Part shown: positions 25,299 through 36,455 of the stretch, piece after piece
Layout of the letters: every line of letters starts with the position of its first letter
Numbering within the stretch: the first letter of the stretch is position 1
Assembly: GCA_964492845.1 (NCBI GenBank)
Contig: CAZBMZ010000031.1
Coordinates: 2,181 to 66,180, forward strand
DNA from: an uncultured Clostridia bacterium
Lineage (GTDB): Bacteria; Acidobacteriota; Blastocatellia; Chloracidobacteriales; JADJPF01
Reading direction: 5' to 3'
Length of the DNA: 64,000 nt
Program-made: the position numbers and the translations under genes
Notes under the pieces: model-generated
What the model was told of the DNA's origin: nothing
Databases searched by the model: none
The model's input: only the letters and a program-made list of their open reading frames with translations

Positions 25299-26135
25299 AT
25301 GGAAAATTTTATTGATGAAGCCAAGATTGCTAAAAAAATTGCTTTAGAGGCAGGAAAACTTTTACTAGAGTATTATTCCAAAGACCTAATAGTTAACTTA
25401 AAACCAGGAGATGAGCCTGTTACTATTGCTGATCAAACTGTAAGCGAGTTTATTCTTAAAGAATTAGCTAAAGAATTTCCACAGGACTTATTAGTCTCAG
25501 AAGAATCCCCTGATAGTGTGGAGCGTCTTAAATCAGAACGATTTTGGCTAATTGATCCATTAGATGGGACAAAGGAATTTTTAGCTCGTAACGGGGAATT
25601 TTCTGTAATGATTGGATTAGTAGTAAACAAACAAGCTGTTGCTGGAGCAGTTTATCAGCCTACAGAAGATCGTCTTTGGTGGGGAACTTGCAGAGAATCT
25701 TATCTAAACAATGCTGAGGGAGAAAAAAGCTTAAAGGTTTCAGATATAAATGATTTTCCAGGAATGCGAACTGTTGTTAGCCGTTCTCATCGAGGCGGAA
25801 AACTAGCAGACATACTTAAACATTTTGGAATTATACAAGAAATAATTTCAGGTAGTGGAGGAATCAAGCTAGGTTTAATTTCTAGTGCTGATGCAGAACT
25901 TATGTTTAGCCCATCACCCGGCTATAAACTTTGGGATTTATGCGCACCTGAAGCCATCTTAAATGGTGCTGGGGGCAAAGTAACCGACTTTACTGGCTCG
26001 CCAATAGATTATAGGGCCAAGGAAGTAAATATTTATAATGGAATTTTTGCTAGTAATAACACAAAACATGCAGAGATAGTCAACGATCTTGTCAAACTAG
26101 TTTCTTTGCCATTTAAGTTTGAGAAAAAACATTAA
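25299..26135 (+). CDS. Inositol monophosphatase family / CysQ-like 3'(2'),5'-bisphosphate nucleotidase
   Basis: Motifs EPVTIADQ, VSEES, WLIDPLDGTKEF, and WDLCAPEAIL near the C-terminus. Confidence 0.8.
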   Translation: MENFIDEAKIAKKIALEAGKLLLEYYSKDLIVNLKPGDEPVTIADQTVSEFILKELAKEFPQDLLVSEESPDSVERLKSERFWLIDPLDGTKEFLARNGEFSVMIGLVVNKQAVAGAVYQPTEDRLWWGTCRESYLNNAEGEKSLKVSDINDFPGMRTVVSRSHRGGKLADILKHFGIIQEIISGSGGIKLGLISSADAELMFSPSPGYKLWDLCAPEAILNGAGGKVTDFTGSPIDYRAKEVNIYNGIFASNNTKHAEIVNDLVKLVSLPFKFEKKH

Positions 26136-26334
26136 AATTTTGCTAGCTTTACTAATTTTGGGAAAAGAAATTTTCAAAAACGGACACTTCAAAAACTAAC
26201 TAACTTTATAGCTAATTAGTTAAAGGAACACTAAAGCTAATAATTACAATAAGTTAGATAAAATGGCTATGTTTGGCATAGTAACTGCTAATTATGCCAA
26301 ATATAGTTACCTTAAAATCTAAGAAGGAAGATTT

Positions 26335-27522
26335 ATGTCACACACTAGGCGTAATTTCTTAAAAAATTCTGTTCTTGCTGGAGGTGCTGCTATTGTTGGA
26401 GCAAAATCATCTCTAGGACAAGAAGCCAGCCAAGCAGCGAATAAAATTAGTCCAAGTCAACCTACAAAAACAGAATCCACAAGTAAGACACAAACTAATG
26501 TAAAGCCCTTAAAAATTTTAATTCTAGGTGGTACAGGCTTAATAGGCCCTTATCAAGTTCAATATGCTTTAGATCGTGGGCATAAAGTTACTTTATTTAA
26601 TCGTGGTAAAACCAGACCTGGTTTATTTCCCCAAGTTGAACATCTTCAAGGGGATCGCAATACAGGTGACTTAAAATCACTTCAAGGGCGAGAATGGGAT
26701 GTAGTAATTGATAATCCCACAACAAAGCCTTCTTGGGTGAGAGATGCTGTTGCTGTGTTAAAAAATTCTACTAAGCAGTATGTATTTATTTCTACAATTT
26801 CGGTTTATGCAGATGCTAGTAAAGTGGGGATGGATGAAACTGCTGAGCTTGCTACAACAAAAGATCCTGAACCAGAAAAAAATGTTCTGCCAAACTATGG
26901 CCCGCTAAAAGCAATGTCTGAAGCTGAAGCTGAAAAGGGTTTTCCGGGTCGCACTACCATCATTCGCCCAGGTTTAATAGTTGGGCCCGGGGATTATTCA
27001 GACAGATTTTCTTATTGGCCTCTAAGAATTGACCGAGGAGGAGAAATTCTTGCTCCAGGCGATCCTACTGATCCAGTCCAAATTGTTGATGCTCGTGATT
27101 TGGGCGAATGGTGCATTAGAATGGTTGAGGATGGAAACGTAGGTATTTATAACGCTGTTGGGCCTAAAACAAAGCTTTCTATAGCTGAAATGCTTTATGG
27201 TATTAAGGCAGTAACTACAGCAGACGTTAAGTTTACCTGGGTTGATGCCAACTTTTTAGAACAACATAAAGTTCAACCTTGGTCTGATATGCCTGTTTGG
27301 GTGCCTCCAATTGGTGAATATAAAGGCTTTGCACAAGTAAATATTTCTAAAGCTATCAACAAGGGTCTAACTTTTCGTCCTTTAGCTGTTACTGCCAAAG
27401 ATACTTTGGACTGGTTTAAGGCTTTGCCAGCAGATAGACAAGCTAAACTTCGCTCAGGAATAGACCCAAAACGAGAAACCGAGGTACTACTAGCCTGGAA
27501 TACTCGAAATGATAAAAAGTAG
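26335..27522 (+). CDS. Tat-exported NAD(P)-dependent epimerase/dehydratase-family (extended SDR) protein
   Basis: Twin-arginine signal (TRRNFLKNSVLAGGAAIVGA) and a Rossmann motif ILILGGTGLIGPYQV. Confidence 0.65.
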   Translation: MSHTRRNFLKNSVLAGGAAIVGAKSSLGQEASQAANKISPSQPTKTESTSKTQTNVKPLKILILGGTGLIGPYQVQYALDRGHKVTLFNRGKTRPGLFPQVEHLQGDRNTGDLKSLQGREWDVVIDNPTTKPSWVRDAVAVLKNSTKQYVFISTISVYADASKVGMDETAELATTKDPEPEKNVLPNYGPLKAMSEAEAEKGFPGRTTIIRPGLIVGPGDYSDRFSYWPLRIDRGGEILAPGDPTDPVQIVDARDLGEWCIRMVEDGNVGIYNAVGPKTKLSIAEMLYGIKAVTTADVKFTWVDANFLEQHKVQPWSDMPVWVPPIGEYKGFAQVNISKAINKGLTFRPLAVTAKDTLDWFKALPADRQAKLRSGIDPKRETEVLLAWNTRNDKK

Positions 27523-27562
27523 CCTTCTCCTAACCTAAAACATCACATTTAGTAGCTTTGAT

Positions 27563-27616
27563 GGCTATACATATAATTAATCAAGTAATGTTGATTTAAT
27601 ATGTATAGCCACTTTT
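27563..27616 (+). terminator. Terminator hairpin after the SDR gene
   Basis: GGCTATACATAT-24nt-ATATGTATAGCC (12-bp perfect stem) followed by ACTTTTC. Confidence 0.6.
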
Positions 27617-27648
27617 CTTACCCAAAATACTAACCAAATACAACACTT

Positions 27649-29016
27649 ATGGAAACAGAAGTAGCTGAAATAACAGCCATAGACAAAATAAGTAAATTAA
27701 GTGCTTTTACTAGTTTTCTACAAAAAATAGTTAATGTTACTCAAGAAGAAATTAAGCCCTTACTGCTTGCTTGTGGATATTTTTTCTTTCTTCTAAGCAG
27801 CTATTTTATTTTAAGGCCAATTCGAGATGAAATTGGTGCTGCAAATGGTATTGGAAACTTGCCTTGGTTATTTACTGGAACATTAGTAGCTACACTAGTA
27901 GCAAGCCCTATTTTTTCAAGCTTAGTAACTAAGTTTCCTGTAAAAAAGTTTATTACTTATACTTATCTTTTTTTTACAACTAATATAGCTATTTTTTATT
28001 TACTTTTTAGCTTTTTACCAGAAAAAAAAGCTTTTTGGGTTGGATGTGTTTTTTTTGTTTGGATTAGTGTTTTTAATCTTTTTGTAGTGTCCATTTTTTG
28101 GGCATTTATGGCAGATATTTTTAGTTTCTCTCAAGGCAAAAGACTATTTGGCTTTATTGCTGGTGGTGGAACACTTGGATCATTATTTGGATCATTATTA
28201 ACAGTTTTTTTAGCTACAAGAATTAATACTATAAATTTATTTTTAATTTCATTACTGCTTTTATTACTAGGTTTATTTTGTGTTCAAATTTTCCCTACAA
28301 ATTTTCAAAAAACTTCTGATAAAGAAGAAGATTCTAGCAAATCAGAGGACGATCCAAAATTTACTAAACAACCAATAGGCGGCAATGTTTTAGCAGGAAT
28401 TAGTCATACAGCTAAATCCACTTATTTGTTAGGCATTTGCTGTTATATTTTCCTTTTTACCATTGGGTCAACATTTCTTTATTTTCAGCAAACGCATATT
28501 GTTGCAACAGAATTTCAATCACGAGGCGATAGACAAGCTTTTTTAGCTAAACTTGATCTAGTCGTAAATTCACTAACAGTTTTAGCTCAATTTTTCTTTA
28601 CAGGCCGATTTATTCAGCGTTTTGGCATTGGTTTAGCTTTAATTCTCGTACCGACTTTAAGCATTTTAGGTTTTACAGGCTTGGCTCTTATGCCAATGGT
28701 TCCAATTTTTGCAGGCTTTCAAGTAATGCGACGTAGCAGCAATTATGCAATTTCTGGAACTGTGCGAGAGGTACTTTTTACTGTTGTTCAACGAGAAGAC
28801 AAATATAAAGCTAAAAATTTTATAGATACTTTTATTTATCGAACAGGCGATCAAGTAGGGGCTTGGTCAAACGCGCTACTTGCTTGGGTGGGACTAGGTT
28901 TAACAGGTATTGCTTGGGTAGGCGTTCCTATTTCTATCTTATGGTTAATGCTAGGTTTATGGCTAGGCTGGAAGCAAGCCCAGTTAGCAAAAAACCTAGC
29001 AAAAAGTAACTTGTAA
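27649..29016 (+). CDS. MFS-type transporter of the TLC/Npt-like (ATP:ADP antiporter-related) family
   Basis: About 12 TM helices. The N-terminal LLLACGYFFFLLSSYFILRPIRDEIG resembles the conserved Y.ILR..+D start of TLC-like carriers (from memory). Substrate unknown. Confidence 0.5.
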   Translation: METEVAEITAIDKISKLSAFTSFLQKIVNVTQEEIKPLLLACGYFFFLLSSYFILRPIRDEIGAANGIGNLPWLFTGTLVATLVASPIFSSLVTKFPVKKFITYTYLFFTTNIAIFYLLFSFLPEKKAFWVGCVFFVWISVFNLFVVSIFWAFMADIFSFSQGKRLFGFIAGGGTLGSLFGSLLTVFLATRINTINLFLISLLLLLLGLFCVQIFPTNFQKTSDKEEDSSKSEDDPKFTKQPIGGNVLAGISHTAKSTYLLGICCYIFLFTIGSTFLYFQQTHIVATEFQSRGDRQAFLAKLDLVVNSLTVLAQFFFTGRFIQRFGIGLALILVPTLSILGFTGLALMPMVPIFAGFQVMRRSSNYAISGTVREVLFTVVQREDKYKAKNFIDTFIYRTGDQVGAWSNALLAWVGLGLTGIAWVGVPISILWLMLGLWLGWKQAQLAKNLAKSNL

Positions 29017-29022
29017 AACTAT

Positions 29023-29889
29023 CTATTCATTACCATAGCTAATTTCCATTTTACGAACCTTTAGACAAGCAACAATTAATACAAAAGCAGTTAAAAGCAG
29101 CATACTAGGGATTGCAATCCAGGGCGATGCAGGTTCAGCCACAATTGCATAAGGCCCGACAGACAATTTTATTGGCGTAAGTGATTGCAAATAAAAAATA
29201 ATAGATAATTTTTTTAGTATTGGTGGAAGTAGAAAATTAATCATTTCCCAACCATATAGAAATACTGCTGGAATAATTGGGTTACGGAAAAATAGCCCAA
29301 AAAGCAAAAATATTGACCCATAACCAATGCAGCCTAAAACAGTAATTCCAATGTAGGCTAGGGCTTGGCTAAGTCCTGGGCCTTCAAAAAAATATTGCAT
29401 CCCTGCTTCATAGCCGCGTGGAGTGTAGATAAAAAATAAAGAAATTGCTGTAACTATACTAAATAATGTACTAGAAATTACTACAGCAGAAAAATACTTT
29501 GCTACAACTAAAAGTTCTCGGCGCACAGGAGTTAAAAAATAATAGTGGAGGCTTTTATCCATAACTTCAGCACGAAAAAGATTAATAAATAGCCAGCTAC
29601 AACCAAAAAATAGAATGACTCTTAAACTAAGTGCTTCAAAGACTTGTGCAAATATTTGATTAAAAAACGCTTGATTGCCTATATTCTTTTTACTAAAAGG
29701 GACAAAAAGAAAAGTGCTAAAAAGCAGTACAGGAAATGAAGCTAACAAATAGAAAAAAATAGCTCGTCGATTAAAAATGTTCTTTTTTAATTCGCTACGA
29801 AAAATTGCCCAAATTTGACGACCCCATAAACCCCAAGACGATGTTTCTTTCTCAACTTCACTAGCATAAACTTCTACTTTAGAACTCAT
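29023..29889 (-). CDS. ABC-2-type transporter permease
   Basis: 288 aa with 6 predicted TM helices; last gene of a four-gene ABC operon. Confidence 0.65.
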   Translation of the reverse strand: MSSKVEVYASEVEKETSSWGLWGRQIWAIFRSELKKNIFNRRAIFFYLLASFPVLLFSTFLFVPFSKKNIGNQAFFNQIFAQVFEALSLRVILFFGCSWLFINLFRAEVMDKSLHYYFLTPVRRELLVVAKYFSAVVISSTLFSIVTAISLFFIYTPRGYEAGMQYFFEGPGLSQALAYIGITVLGCIGYGSIFLLFGLFFRNPIIPAVFLYGWEMINFLLPPILKKLSIIFYLQSLTPIKLSVGPYAIVAEPASPWIAIPSMLLLTAFVLIVACLKVRKMEISYGNE

Positions 29890-29893
29890 TTTC

Positions 29894-30820
29894 TTAGCTC
29901 CCTTCAGACCCTATTAAATATTGGTAGACAGCATTTAAGTCATCATCTACAGGGTGAATAGATTCAATTTTTAGCTGTTCTTCCAACACTATTTTATTAA
30001 AAACTAAGTAAAATTCTTCAGGATGAACGGTTTTAATAAATAGTCCTTGTCGGTCTTTGTGCAAGCGTGCTTCTACAATGTGATCTTGTTGGAAAACCTT
30101 GGCTGCTAGTATTGATGGACGATCACAGCGAATTAAAATTTGTAGCGGGTGTTCCTGCATTTCGCTACGTACCCCGCGAGTGTCTCCATCAGCAACAATA
30201 TAGCCATTATTAATTAAAACAACTCTATCTGACATCATATCAACTTCATGCAAAATATGGCTAGAAATAATTAAATACATTCCTTGAGCAGATAGATCAC
30301 GAAATAGCGCGATAACTTCAGCGCGTGCCATTGGATCAAGACCGTTAAGCGGTTCGTCTAAGACTAAAACTTCTGGATTATGAGCAATTGCTTGAGCAAG
30401 CCTAATACGTTGACGCATACCTTTGCTATAGCCGTCTACTTTTCGATTTGCTGCATCAACTAAATTTACTCTAGTTAAAGCTTTGTTGGTTAGCTCAGTT
30501 GCTTCTTGACGAGGGTATCCGCTAATTTCCAGAAAAGATTGAATAAAGTTGCGTCCAGTAATTCCACGAGGAAAAGAGTCAAATTGCGCACAATAGCCAA
30601 GTTTGCGGAATAATTTTTCTGGCCGATTTGGGCTAATACCTAACACGCTAATGCTACCTTGTGTTGTTTGAAGCAGACCAGACATTAAATTCATTAGCGT
30701 TGTTTTACCTGAACCATTAGGGCCAACTAAACTAGTAATTCCACGAGAAATAGAAAGATTAATTTTATTAACGCCTAAAATCTCACCATAAAACTTGGAG
30801 ACATCTTCAAAAATAATCAT
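29894..30820 (-). CDS. ABC transporter ATP-binding protein
   Basis: Walker [10 protein letters not shown], signature YSKGMRQR, Walker B LVLDEP, H-loop SSHIL. Confidence 0.9.
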   Translation of the reverse strand: MIIFEDVSKFYGEILGVNKINLSISRGITSLVGPNGSGKTTLMNLMSGLLQTTQGSISVLGISPNRPEKLFRKLGYCAQFDSFPRGITGRNFIQSFLEISGYPRQEATELTNKALTRVNLVDAANRKVDGYSKGMRQRIRLAQAIAHNPEVLVLDEPLNGLDPMARAEVIALFRDLSAQGMYLIISSHILHEVDMMSDRVVLINNGYIVADGDTRGVRSEMQEHPLQILIRCDRPSILAAKVFQQDHIVEARLHKDRQGLFIKTVHPEEFYLVFNKIVLEEQLKIESIHPVDDDLNAVYQYLIGSEGS

Positions 30821-30833
30821 AATCGCTAGTCTC

Positions 30834-31694
30834 CTAACTTATTATTTCGTAAGCTTTTATTTTCTTAAATAAAAGAAAACAGCAAATTGCAGCAATCACA
30901 ATTAATGCTGTCCATGCCGACCAAATCGGAAGTTCTGCACGAATTGTATGATTAAAAAGGTCTGCCCAAATAGTGCGCATTAATGAACGAGTGCTAAAAA
31001 TATACATCCAAGGAGTTTCAAAAATTTCTTTTATTACAGCAGCAATTGCATTTGGAATAAAGAAAATGCCAAGTAGCGCGCCTGTTGCAGCAATACGCCA
31101 TTTTACCCAAGCAGAAATAGCTTGAGAAATTAAAGCTAAAACTATAATCCATATCCAACTACCTAGCAAAATTGCTCCAGCAATACGAATGTTTTCTATT
31201 AACCAGATGGATCCTTCTAAATAAGTTTGTAGGAAAAATAGTAACATTCCTGGAATCCAAGTTATTAGAGAAAGAAGTATAATCAGAGTCAGCATTTTCC
31301 CTAACACATAATCAAAGCGCGAAAATGGACGACATAAATAAAGTGCTAGACCATTATTGCTAACATCTTGGGCAACAAGCGGAGGGCCAATTAACATTGT
31401 TAGGAAAAAGCCAAAAGTGCTTTGTACAACAACAAAATAGTAGAAAAAGTCTAAATCTATAGGAATGACTTCTTTAAGGGGAATTCTAAGCATTTCTAGT
31501 GCTGCGGCGTTGTGGTGAAGATAAAGAACTAGCATTGAGCCTAACGGATAAACAAAGGCGGCTACAAACATTGCTAGGAAAAGTCGGGATTGAAAAATTT
31601 CTTGATAGGCATAGCGAGGGAGAATTAAAAATCTTGACCAACTAGGCGTTGTTTCCCCTGCGTAAGGTTGATATTTTTGTTCAAATACTGCCAT
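30834..31694 (-). CDS. ABC-2-type transporter permease
   Basis: 286-aa polytopic membrane protein. Its ATG overlaps the stop codon of the upstream ATPase by 1 nt (TAATG). Confidence 0.65.
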   Translation of the reverse strand: MAVFEQKYQPYAGETTPSWSRFLILPRYAYQEIFQSRLFLAMFVAAFVYPLGSMLVLYLHHNAAALEMLRIPLKEVIPIDLDFFYYFVVVQSTFGFFLTMLIGPPLVAQDVSNNGLALYLCRPFSRFDYVLGKMLTLIILLSLITWIPGMLLFFLQTYLEGSIWLIENIRIAGAILLGSWIWIIVLALISQAISAWVKWRIAATGALLGIFFIPNAIAAVIKEIFETPWMYIFSTRSLMRTIWADLFNHTIRAELPIWSAWTALIVIAAICCFLLFKKIKAYEIIS

Positions 31695-32611
31695 TATTTT
31701 TCCTCCATAGCTTTGAGGAAGATATCTTCTAATGAATCTCGCTTAAAGTTTAATCGGCGAATTTGCAGTTGATGTTTTTCTGCTGCTTTATAAAGATGTG
31801 CTACTTCTACGCCATCTTGAAGAATTACTTTAATTCGTTTTTCACCTATTAAAGCATATTCGCAACCAAGTTCAGCGACAGACTCAGCAAAAGCTAAGTT
31901 ATTGCCTACAGTTTCCATTTCTAAAAACTTTCGGTTAGATTTGCGCTCTGCTTCTAAATCACAATATACGGCAACACGTCCATCTTTTAGAATTAAGATT
32001 TCTTCACAAGATTCTTCAACATCTTTAAGTAAATGGGAAGAAAGCAAGATATTTACTTGATTTGTATCTCGGATGTCACGGATTAATTTTAGCATTCGTT
32101 GGCGTGTTGGCGGGTCAAGTCCATTAGTCGGCTCGTCTAAGATAAGTAGCTTAGGCCCGTGTACAATGGCTTGAGCTAGTTTTGCTAATTGCTTCATTCC
32201 TAATGAGTAAGTGTCAATTGAACGATAGCGGGCCTCTCCTAAACCTACAAAAAACAATGCTTCGTGAGCGCGTTCAAGTGCAATATTTGGAGGTAGTCCA
32301 GAAAGTTCTCCCATCATTTTGACAAAATTTACACAACTCATTCCAGCAATAAACGAGTCTCTTTCAGGCATATAACCAATAAGGCTACGTATTTTTCTTA
32401 CTGCAACTCGGATATCTTCTCCAAAAATCCTAGCACTTCCTTGATTTATAGGATAAAAACCCAATAAAGTATGAATCAAGGTTGTTTTACCAGCACCATT
32501 TGGGCCAAGAAGTCCAATTGCACGGCCTGTAAGTTGAACTTGGAGATTTTTTAGAATGGGGCGTTTTCCTAAAGTGACGCTTAAATTATCCAAATCAATA
32601 ATAGGTTGCAT
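31694..32611 (-). CDS. ABC transporter ATP-binding protein
   Basis: Walker [10 protein letters not shown], signature YSLGMKQL, Walker B LILDEP, H-loop SSHLL. Confidence 0.9.
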   Translation of the reverse strand: MQPIIDLDNLSVTLGKRPILKNLQVQLTGRAIGLLGPNGAGKTTLIHTLLGFYPINQGSARIFGEDIRVAVRKIRSLIGYMPERDSFIAGMSCVNFVKMMGELSGLPPNIALERAHEALFFVGLGEARYRSIDTYSLGMKQLAKLAQAIVHGPKLLILDEPTNGLDPPTRQRMLKLIRDIRDTNQVNILLSSHLLKDVEESCEEILILKDGRVAVYCDLEAERKSNRKFLEMETVGNNLAFAESVAELGCEYALIGEKRIKVILQDGVEVAHLYKAAEKHQLQIRRLNFKRDSLEDIFLKAMEEK

Positions 32612-32811
32612 AGATTGGCTTTCACAAAATTATAGTAATGCAATAACTCTATAACGGTTAAGGTTCTTAAATATTAACTAAACTTTAAAAATTTTTTGAA
32701 ATTTAGTTTTACAATCAAAAATAGGCTTTTTATTATTTTCTTAAATCAGAATAAAGATAAAGTATCATCTAGTGTTTTTGCTTAAACTAAGTTCTAGTTT
32801 TGTTAACCTTT

Positions 32812-33588
32812 TTAATTATTCTTTTCTAGCTTTTTTTCCTCAAATGTTGGGCTATTGATAACAATTTTGGTAAAGTCAAATTTATAAATTTTTCCACTTT
32901 GGTTTATGTCCAAATGGTGTGGCAATTGTAAATTTGCTACTTGTCTCCAATCAGAAAATAGTATTTTTATAATTTCTTTTTTGTCATCAGAGTTTTGTAT
33001 ATGTAATCCACTCAACAATTTAGTATCAACATCAAAAAATAGCCAGCATTCTTGATTTAATGCGTCTTTGGTTTCTACTTGATATATTTTTTTGTTGTTT
33101 ATTTCAATAATTGTCACTTTTCCAAAATCATGAAAAAAATCTTCTGGTTTTAATAGTAATTGATGAAAATAATGTCCTCTAATTATATTTACAACGGTTT
33201 TGGGCAACTTCTCTATTTTATTTCCTAAAGTAAATCCCTCATCTTTTCCTTGTGTGATTGCTTCAAATGCCTGTGGTTTATAGTCATATACTTGCTTAAA
33301 ATATCCATACCCTTTTGAATTGGTTTGTGTTTCAGTAGTATAATTACCTTCGGGAGATTGACAGTTTGCTTTTGTAATTATATTTTCTATTCTTTTAATA
33401 TATATTGCTTCTCCCAATGCTTCTACTGAATTTTTAATGATATTTATTCCTATTAAACTAGCTTCTTGTAAGTTTATTTGTTCTATACTATTTTGATTTA
33501 TCTTATTTATCAAAATTTTTTCTTCTTGTCCTAGTACAGAATTAATTATTATTAATAATATTAAACAAGAAAATAATATATTTTGCAT
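32812..33588 (-). CDS. Secreted hypothetical protein
   Basis: Signal peptide MQNILFSCLILLIIINSVLGQ. 258 aa, beta-rich, very AT-rich gene; no motif recognised. Confidence 0.45.
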   Translation of the reverse strand: MQNILFSCLILLIIINSVLGQEEKILINKINQNSIEQINLQEASLIGINIIKNSVEALGEAIYIKRIENIITKANCQSPEGNYTTETQTNSKGYGYFKQVYDYKPQAFEAITQGKDEGFTLGNKIEKLPKTVVNIIRGHYFHQLLLKPEDFFHDFGKVTIIEINNKKIYQVETKDALNQECWLFFDVDTKLLSGLHIQNSDDKKEIIKILFSDWRQVANLQLPHHLDINQSGKIYKFDFTKIVINSPTFEEKKLEKNN

Positions 33589-34021
33589 ACTCTATGACCT
33601 TATATTTACTTATTTCTAAATTTTTAGATATCTCATCTTTTAGTAAATAAAATTTTTAGATGTGGGTTTGGTTCGGCTTTACGATTAATATTTTCTTTTT
33701 GTTCATCAAGTATTTTTGTAGGCTAATAGTTTAATTTTTGTGGGTAGGTTAATTTCTAGCTTTTTAATAATAAATGCTATACAAAATAGAAAGTTTATTG
33801 AGCAGCTAAATTCTTTTATTTATTAAAGTTATATAAGATGGTTTTTACTCAGTAATAGGCTTTTGCTATTTAGTAGAGTATAAAAAGCATAAAAATGCAC
33901 ATAATGCTCTAGACTAAAAATTCTAAATGTTAGTAGAGAAGTTGAACAAAATATCTACAAAATACTTAAATTCCTAAAGGATTAGGAATCTACATAGCAA
34001 CTAGGAAAATAAGGTAATTTT

Positions 34022-35842
34022 ATGAATGATAAGAAAAAACTTAATGCTTCAAATGCTTGGCGTGAAGCAAAAGAACTACTTTGGACACATAGAAAACGTC
34101 TGGCTTTAGGCTTTTCTTTAATGATAATTAGCCGACTTATGGGACTGGTTTTGCCAGCGTCATCAAAATTTTTAATTGATGAAGTAATTGTTAAACACCA
34201 AGTGCAAATACTTTATTGGATTGCTTTATTTGCTGGGCTAGCAACCATTGTTCAAGCTATAACCTCTTTTGCTCTCTCACAAATTCTAGGTGTTGCTGCT
34301 CAACGAGCAATTAACGATATGCGCAAACGTGTTCAAGTACACATTACACAACTTCCAGTTAGCTTTTTTGATAGCACCCAAACAGGAAAGTTAGTTTCCA
34401 GAATTATGACCGATGCTGAAGGAATAAGAAATCTGGTTGGTACAGGATTAATTCAACTTGTAGGAAGTATTTTTACAGCCGTAATATCGCTAGGCATATT
34501 GTTTTACTTAAACTGGTGGCTAACATTAATGACAATTTTAGCTTTAAGTTCTTTAGGTGGGATTTTAGCCTTTTCCTTTAGCAAACTGCGTCCGCTTTTT
34601 AAGGAGCGAGGAGAAATCACATCTCAAGTTATGGGTCGTTTAGGTGAATCTTTGGGCGGCATCCGCATTATTAAAGCTTACACGGCTGAAAAAAGAGAAA
34701 ATAGAACTTTTGCTAAAGGATCGCATAAACTATTCCGTAATATTGCTAAATCAATGACAGGTGTTTCTGCTACAACTTCTTTTGCTTCAATGATTGTAGG
34801 CGTTATTGGCGTGATTATGATTTTGGTTGGTGGTAATTCTGTTTTAAGTGGAGCAATGACTTTAGGTGATTTTTTTATGTATGTGTTTTTTACTGGGTTA
34901 ATGGCAATGCCTATAATTGAAATTGCTGCAATTGGTACACAAATTACAGAAGCATTTGCTGGATTAGATAGAATCAGAGAAATACTTAATCAACCAACGG
35001 AAAAAGATCATGACAAAGATCGTTTAGCTGTAAAAAATGTTATAGGAAATGTTGAATTTAAGGATGTTAATTTCTCTTATGAAACTGGAGTTCCTGTCTT
35101 AAAAAATATTTCTTTTTATGCTCCAGCCGGTTCAACTACGGCTTTAGTTGGTTCTAGCGGTGCTGGAAAAAGTACCTTAATTAGTTTGATTATGAATTTT
35201 AACCAAGCTCAGTCAGGCAGTCTTACTATTGATAGTAAGGAAATTTCTAGCTTAAAAATGCAGGATTATCGCTCATATTTAGGCGTAGTTTTACAGGATA
35301 ATTTTTTATTTGATGGGACGATTGCAGAAAATATAGCTTTTTCTAAACCAAGTGCAACAGGCGAGGAAATAGAAATGGTTAGCCAAATTGCTTATTGTGC
35401 TGAGTTTATCGAAGGTTTTGATAAAAAATATGACACAATTGTTGGTGAGCGAGGAATTAAACTTTCGGGTGGACAACGCCAAAGAATCGCTATTGCTAGG
35501 GCAATTCTAGCTGATCCTAAAATTTTAATTTTAGATGAAGCAACTTCTAGTTTAGACAGCGAAAGCGAATCCTTGATTCAATCAGGACTTCGCACACTTC
35601 GCAAAGGCCGCACATCATTTGTAATTGCTCATAGACTTTCCACAATTACCAGCGCAGATCAAATTTTAGTGCTAGAAAAAGGCGAAATTGTAGAGCGTGG
35701 TACACACAAGGAATTATTGGCAATGGGTGGACGCTACAAGCAACTTTATGATAAACAATACCAATTAGAGCTTAATCGTTTTACTAATCCTGGAGAGGAA
35801 AATAGTTTAGAATCTCCAAGACAATATGCTATTTCGCACTAA
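34022..35842 (+). CDS. Type I ABC exporter, fused permease/ATPase (MsbA/ABCB-like)
   Basis: Six-TM domain. Walker A GSSGAGKST, signature LSGGQRQR, Walker B ILILDEATS, H-loop AHRL. Confidence 0.9.
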   Translation: MNDKKKLNASNAWREAKELLWTHRKRLALGFSLMIISRLMGLVLPASSKFLIDEVIVKHQVQILYWIALFAGLATIVQAITSFALSQILGVAAQRAINDMRKRVQVHITQLPVSFFDSTQTGKLVSRIMTDAEGIRNLVGTGLIQLVGSIFTAVISLGILFYLNWWLTLMTILALSSLGGILAFSFSKLRPLFKERGEITSQVMGRLGESLGGIRIIKAYTAEKRENRTFAKGSHKLFRNIAKSMTGVSATTSFASMIVGVIGVIMILVGGNSVLSGAMTLGDFFMYVFFTGLMAMPIIEIAAIGTQITEAFAGLDRIREILNQPTEKDHDKDRLAVKNVIGNVEFKDVNFSYETGVPVLKNISFYAPAGSTTALVGSSGAGKSTLISLIMNFNQAQSGSLTIDSKEISSLKMQDYRSYLGVVLQDNFLFDGTIAENIAFSKPSATGEEIEMVSQIAYCAEFIEGFDKKYDTIVGERGIKLSGGQRQRIAIARAILADPKILILDEATSSLDSESESLIQSGLRTLRKGRTSFVIAHRLSTITSADQILVLEKGEIVERGTHKELLAMGGRYKQLYDKQYQLELNRFTNPGEENSLESPRQYAISH

Positions 35843-35870
35843 AATAAGGCTTTATAAAAATTTTATCTAA

Positions 35871-36320
35871 ATGGAAGGTTTTATGGAAAGAGAAGCACAA
35901 AATTATCAAAATCATGTTAGATGGCATCAGCCTTTTCACTTTTTTGTTATGCCAGTTTTTGCTATTCACCTTATTTGGACTCTAGTTGTACTTGTTCGTC
36001 AACCAGGTTGGCAAACAGGAGAAAATTTTGTTGTAGCTATGGCTTTAGTTGTAGCAGGGTTTTTAATTCGTATTAACGCGCTTAAGGCGCAAGATCGAGT
36101 AATTCGCCTAGAAGAACAACTAAGATTTCAACGTCTATTTCCACAAGATTTTGCTAAAAAATTAGACTCTTTAACAACAGGTCAACTTATTTCCTTGCGT
36201 TTTGCATCTGACGAAGAATTACCAGAGTTAATAGAAAAAATAAAAGCTAAAGAATTAATAAAAGGTGGGGAAATCAAAAAAGCAATAAAAAATTGGCGGC
36301 CTGATTACCATAGAGTTTAA
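35871..36320 (+). CDS. Small membrane protein, function unknown
   Basis: Two TM helices (FHFFVMPVFAIHLIWTLVVLV; FVVAMALVVAGFLIRI). A GGAAGG SD favours the second ATG at 35883. Possibly DUF6526-like (uncertain recollection). Confidence 0.5.
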   Translation: MEGFMEREAQNYQNHVRWHQPFHFFVMPVFAIHLIWTLVVLVRQPGWQTGENFVVAMALVVAGFLIRINALKAQDRVIRLEEQLRFQRLFPQDFAKKLDSLTTGQLISLRFASDEELPELIEKIKAKELIKGGEIKKAIKNWRPDYHRV

Positions 36321-36455
36321 TTTGGGAATGCGAGCATCCTGCTCGCTCTCCCATCTTCTTATAAATGGTGTTGAACCATTTTTCACCTACTTAGTTTAAC
36401 CGATCACACTCCGAATAAAATTTCACGTTAAAAAATAATTTTTCTAGGAGCAGCT

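Noticed and set aside
36330-36346. Hairpin GCGAGCA-TCC-TGCTCGC after the small membrane-protein gene, considered as a terminator
   Set aside because: The 7-bp stem is followed by no T-tract (TCTCCCATC). That is not enough to call it a terminator, and it was left unannotated.
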